DNA of 64,000 bases from Antedon mediterranea (lineage: Eukaryota > Animalia > Echinodermata). Shown here one piece after another: positions 62,384-64,000 of the stretch. Made by a program: the position numbers and the translations under genes. Below the pieces are notes generated by a model. It ran no database searches, was not told the origin of the DNA, and saw nothing but the letters and a program-made list of their open reading frames with translations. Location of the stretch: positions 25,902,795 through 25,966,794 of the forward strand of contig NC_092670.1 of NCBI RefSeq assembly GCF_964355755.1. Reading direction: 5' to 3'. Within the stretch, counting starts at the first letter, position 1. Every line of letters begins with the position of its first letter.

Positions 62384-63316
62384 CAGTTAAAACCCATGTT
62401 CCAGCTTCGTGACTACAAGGCATTGTGTTTTTATCGCAATTCCACGAGATGTATTGTTTTTTTATCATAATTCTGTGAACTGCATTGTTTTTTGATCACA
62501 ATTCTATGAGAGGCATTGTTTTCCCATGCAACTATCGCAATATGTTATAAACACCATTGTTATCAGTGAATCAAGAGGAACAATGGTTGAAAAATATAGC
62601 AGTCATGTCCGAAGAAGAGATGCATCACCATCTAGAGATAGAAGAAGGGAAACGTCTCCATCCCAAAAAAGTAGAAGAAAGTTACGCCTAGATCCAGATT
62701 CTAGCGATCAAGGTTATAAAAAAACCAATGCACTCTACAACTTTGAGTTCGTACAGGTTATTGGATTGTATTCAACAAATGATTCGTTCGTATAGGACCA
62801 TACTTAGAATCACTTTTTACACAATATCGTATAATTTTTTTCTATTTTACCATGAAATATATTGATTTAAATCAAGTTTGCTAGAGAAAGGCCTGTAAAA
62901 CGAAATGGAAATGTTCAGCATTTTTATTAATATTCAATAGCAGCAAAATTAGCCTCTAGCTAGCTAGACAGGCCTACTCGGCCGTAACTGTAGGGGTAGA
63001 ATTCGTCGATCTGAGGTGGGTTATTATACTAGCATTGTTCTCAATTGATGGCTGTAACAATGCTGTATATTTAACACCCTTCCATCGGACACTAGCAAAA
63101 CAAAGCCTCTCGTAGTATCGCAATCAAAAAACAATACACTCTCAGGGAGTGTGTGGGATTGCAATAAAAAAACAATACACTCTCAGGGAGTGTGTGGGAT
63201 TGCAATAAAAAAACAATACCTATCATAGGTTTGCAATAAAAAAAAAAATGCTCCACGCGTAGGCTACAAAGTGTTACACGTGGGAACGAACGAAGCAGTA
63301 ATTAACAGCTCTACTG
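62384..63316. mobile_element. Old TIR element with subterminal repeats containing an inverted RIM exon fragment
   Basis: TA|CAGT...ACTG|TA; left attgtttttt(g)atc.caat repeats mirror right attgcaataaaaaaacaat repeats. Confidence 0.5.
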
Positions 63317-63700
63317 TATATCCAAAATACCATTTAAATTAAAAAAACATACATTGTATATGATATAATTAATAAAAGTTCAGTTAAATCATTTTAGATT
63401 TCAGAAAACCATGCATAATAATGCATAAGAATATTAAATCATCAATATTGGCATAAAGTATAAAACTTGCTGCCAAAGGATCAGTAAAATGAATGTTTTC
63501 AATACAGTATAGTGAGTGACACAATGATCAAAACTTGTGTGGTGACGATATTGAATTTTAAGATTACACTTTACGAAATGGTCATACATTTGGGCATAAT
63601 TTATCAATAAAGTACCAATTTAGCAGAGAATATTATGTACATGAATGACAAAATACTTAATGTGGCTGGTTTATTGTTAAAACTGAAATTTGACTAGGAT

Positions 63701-64000
63701 TGAGAAGCTGTGTAGAAGTAAGATGTTTTCATAGTGTGCAAGATCATTGTGAATGAATGAGAAGCTGTGTTAAAGTAAGATGTTTTTATAGTGTGCAAGA
63801 TCATTGTGAATGAATGAGAAGCTGTGTTAAAGTAAGATGTTTTCATAGTGTGCAACATCATTGTGAATGAATGAGAAGCTGGGTTAAAGTAAGATGTTTT
63901 CATAGTGTGCAACATCATTGTGAATGAATGAGAAGCTGTGTTAAAGTAAGATGTTTTCATAGTGTGCAACATCATTGTGAATGAATGAGAAGCTGTGTTA
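63701..64000. repeat. 57-bp minisatellite, more than 5 copies, runs off the window
   Basis: Unit tgagaagctgtgttaaagtaagatgttttcatagtgtgcaa(g/c)atcattgtgaatgaa. Confidence 0.95.

Noticed and set aside
62526-62795. Independent 89-aa gene with RRRDASPSRD
   Set aside because: The similarity comes from a short inverted copy of the RIM exon; there is no other coding or splice evidence
63694-63975. 93-aa repetitive ORF
   Set aside because: It is the translation of a 57-bp (multiple of 3) minisatellite

Overview
AT-rich, repeat-dense genomic DNA from an invertebrate animal; the species cannot be determined from the sequence. Two intron-rich host genes converge tail-to-tail. On the + strand are 11 coding exons (84-29145, 5' end outside the window) of ADHFE1, the hydroxyacid-oxoacid transhydrogenase. 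On the - strand are 7 clear coding exons (35168-62069, 5' end outside the window) of a RIM/RIMS (unc-10) active-zone protein, including the RQLPQVP motif and the C2B domain. Introns carry nested mobile elements: Penelope-like elements, solo LTRs, CR1/L2/RTE LINE relics, Tc2/pogo, CACTA-like, Crypton-like and Helentron-like DNA elements, a 5S-derived SINE and tRNA-bearing repeats. Main points of interest: (1) a tandem plus inverted array of minimal hammerhead ribozymes and a separate complete type I hammerhead in an ADHFE1 intron; (2) a dispersed repeat carrying an intact tRNA cloverleaf with an ATC anticodon behind a conserved ~80-nt leader; (3) a possible isoform layer in RIM, with frame-preserving candidate microexons, a candidate internal first exon, and an inverted copy of a RIM exon inside an intronic transposon that could pair with the exon in the pre-mRNA. 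All calls were made by eye; family names rest on motif recognition, not database searches.
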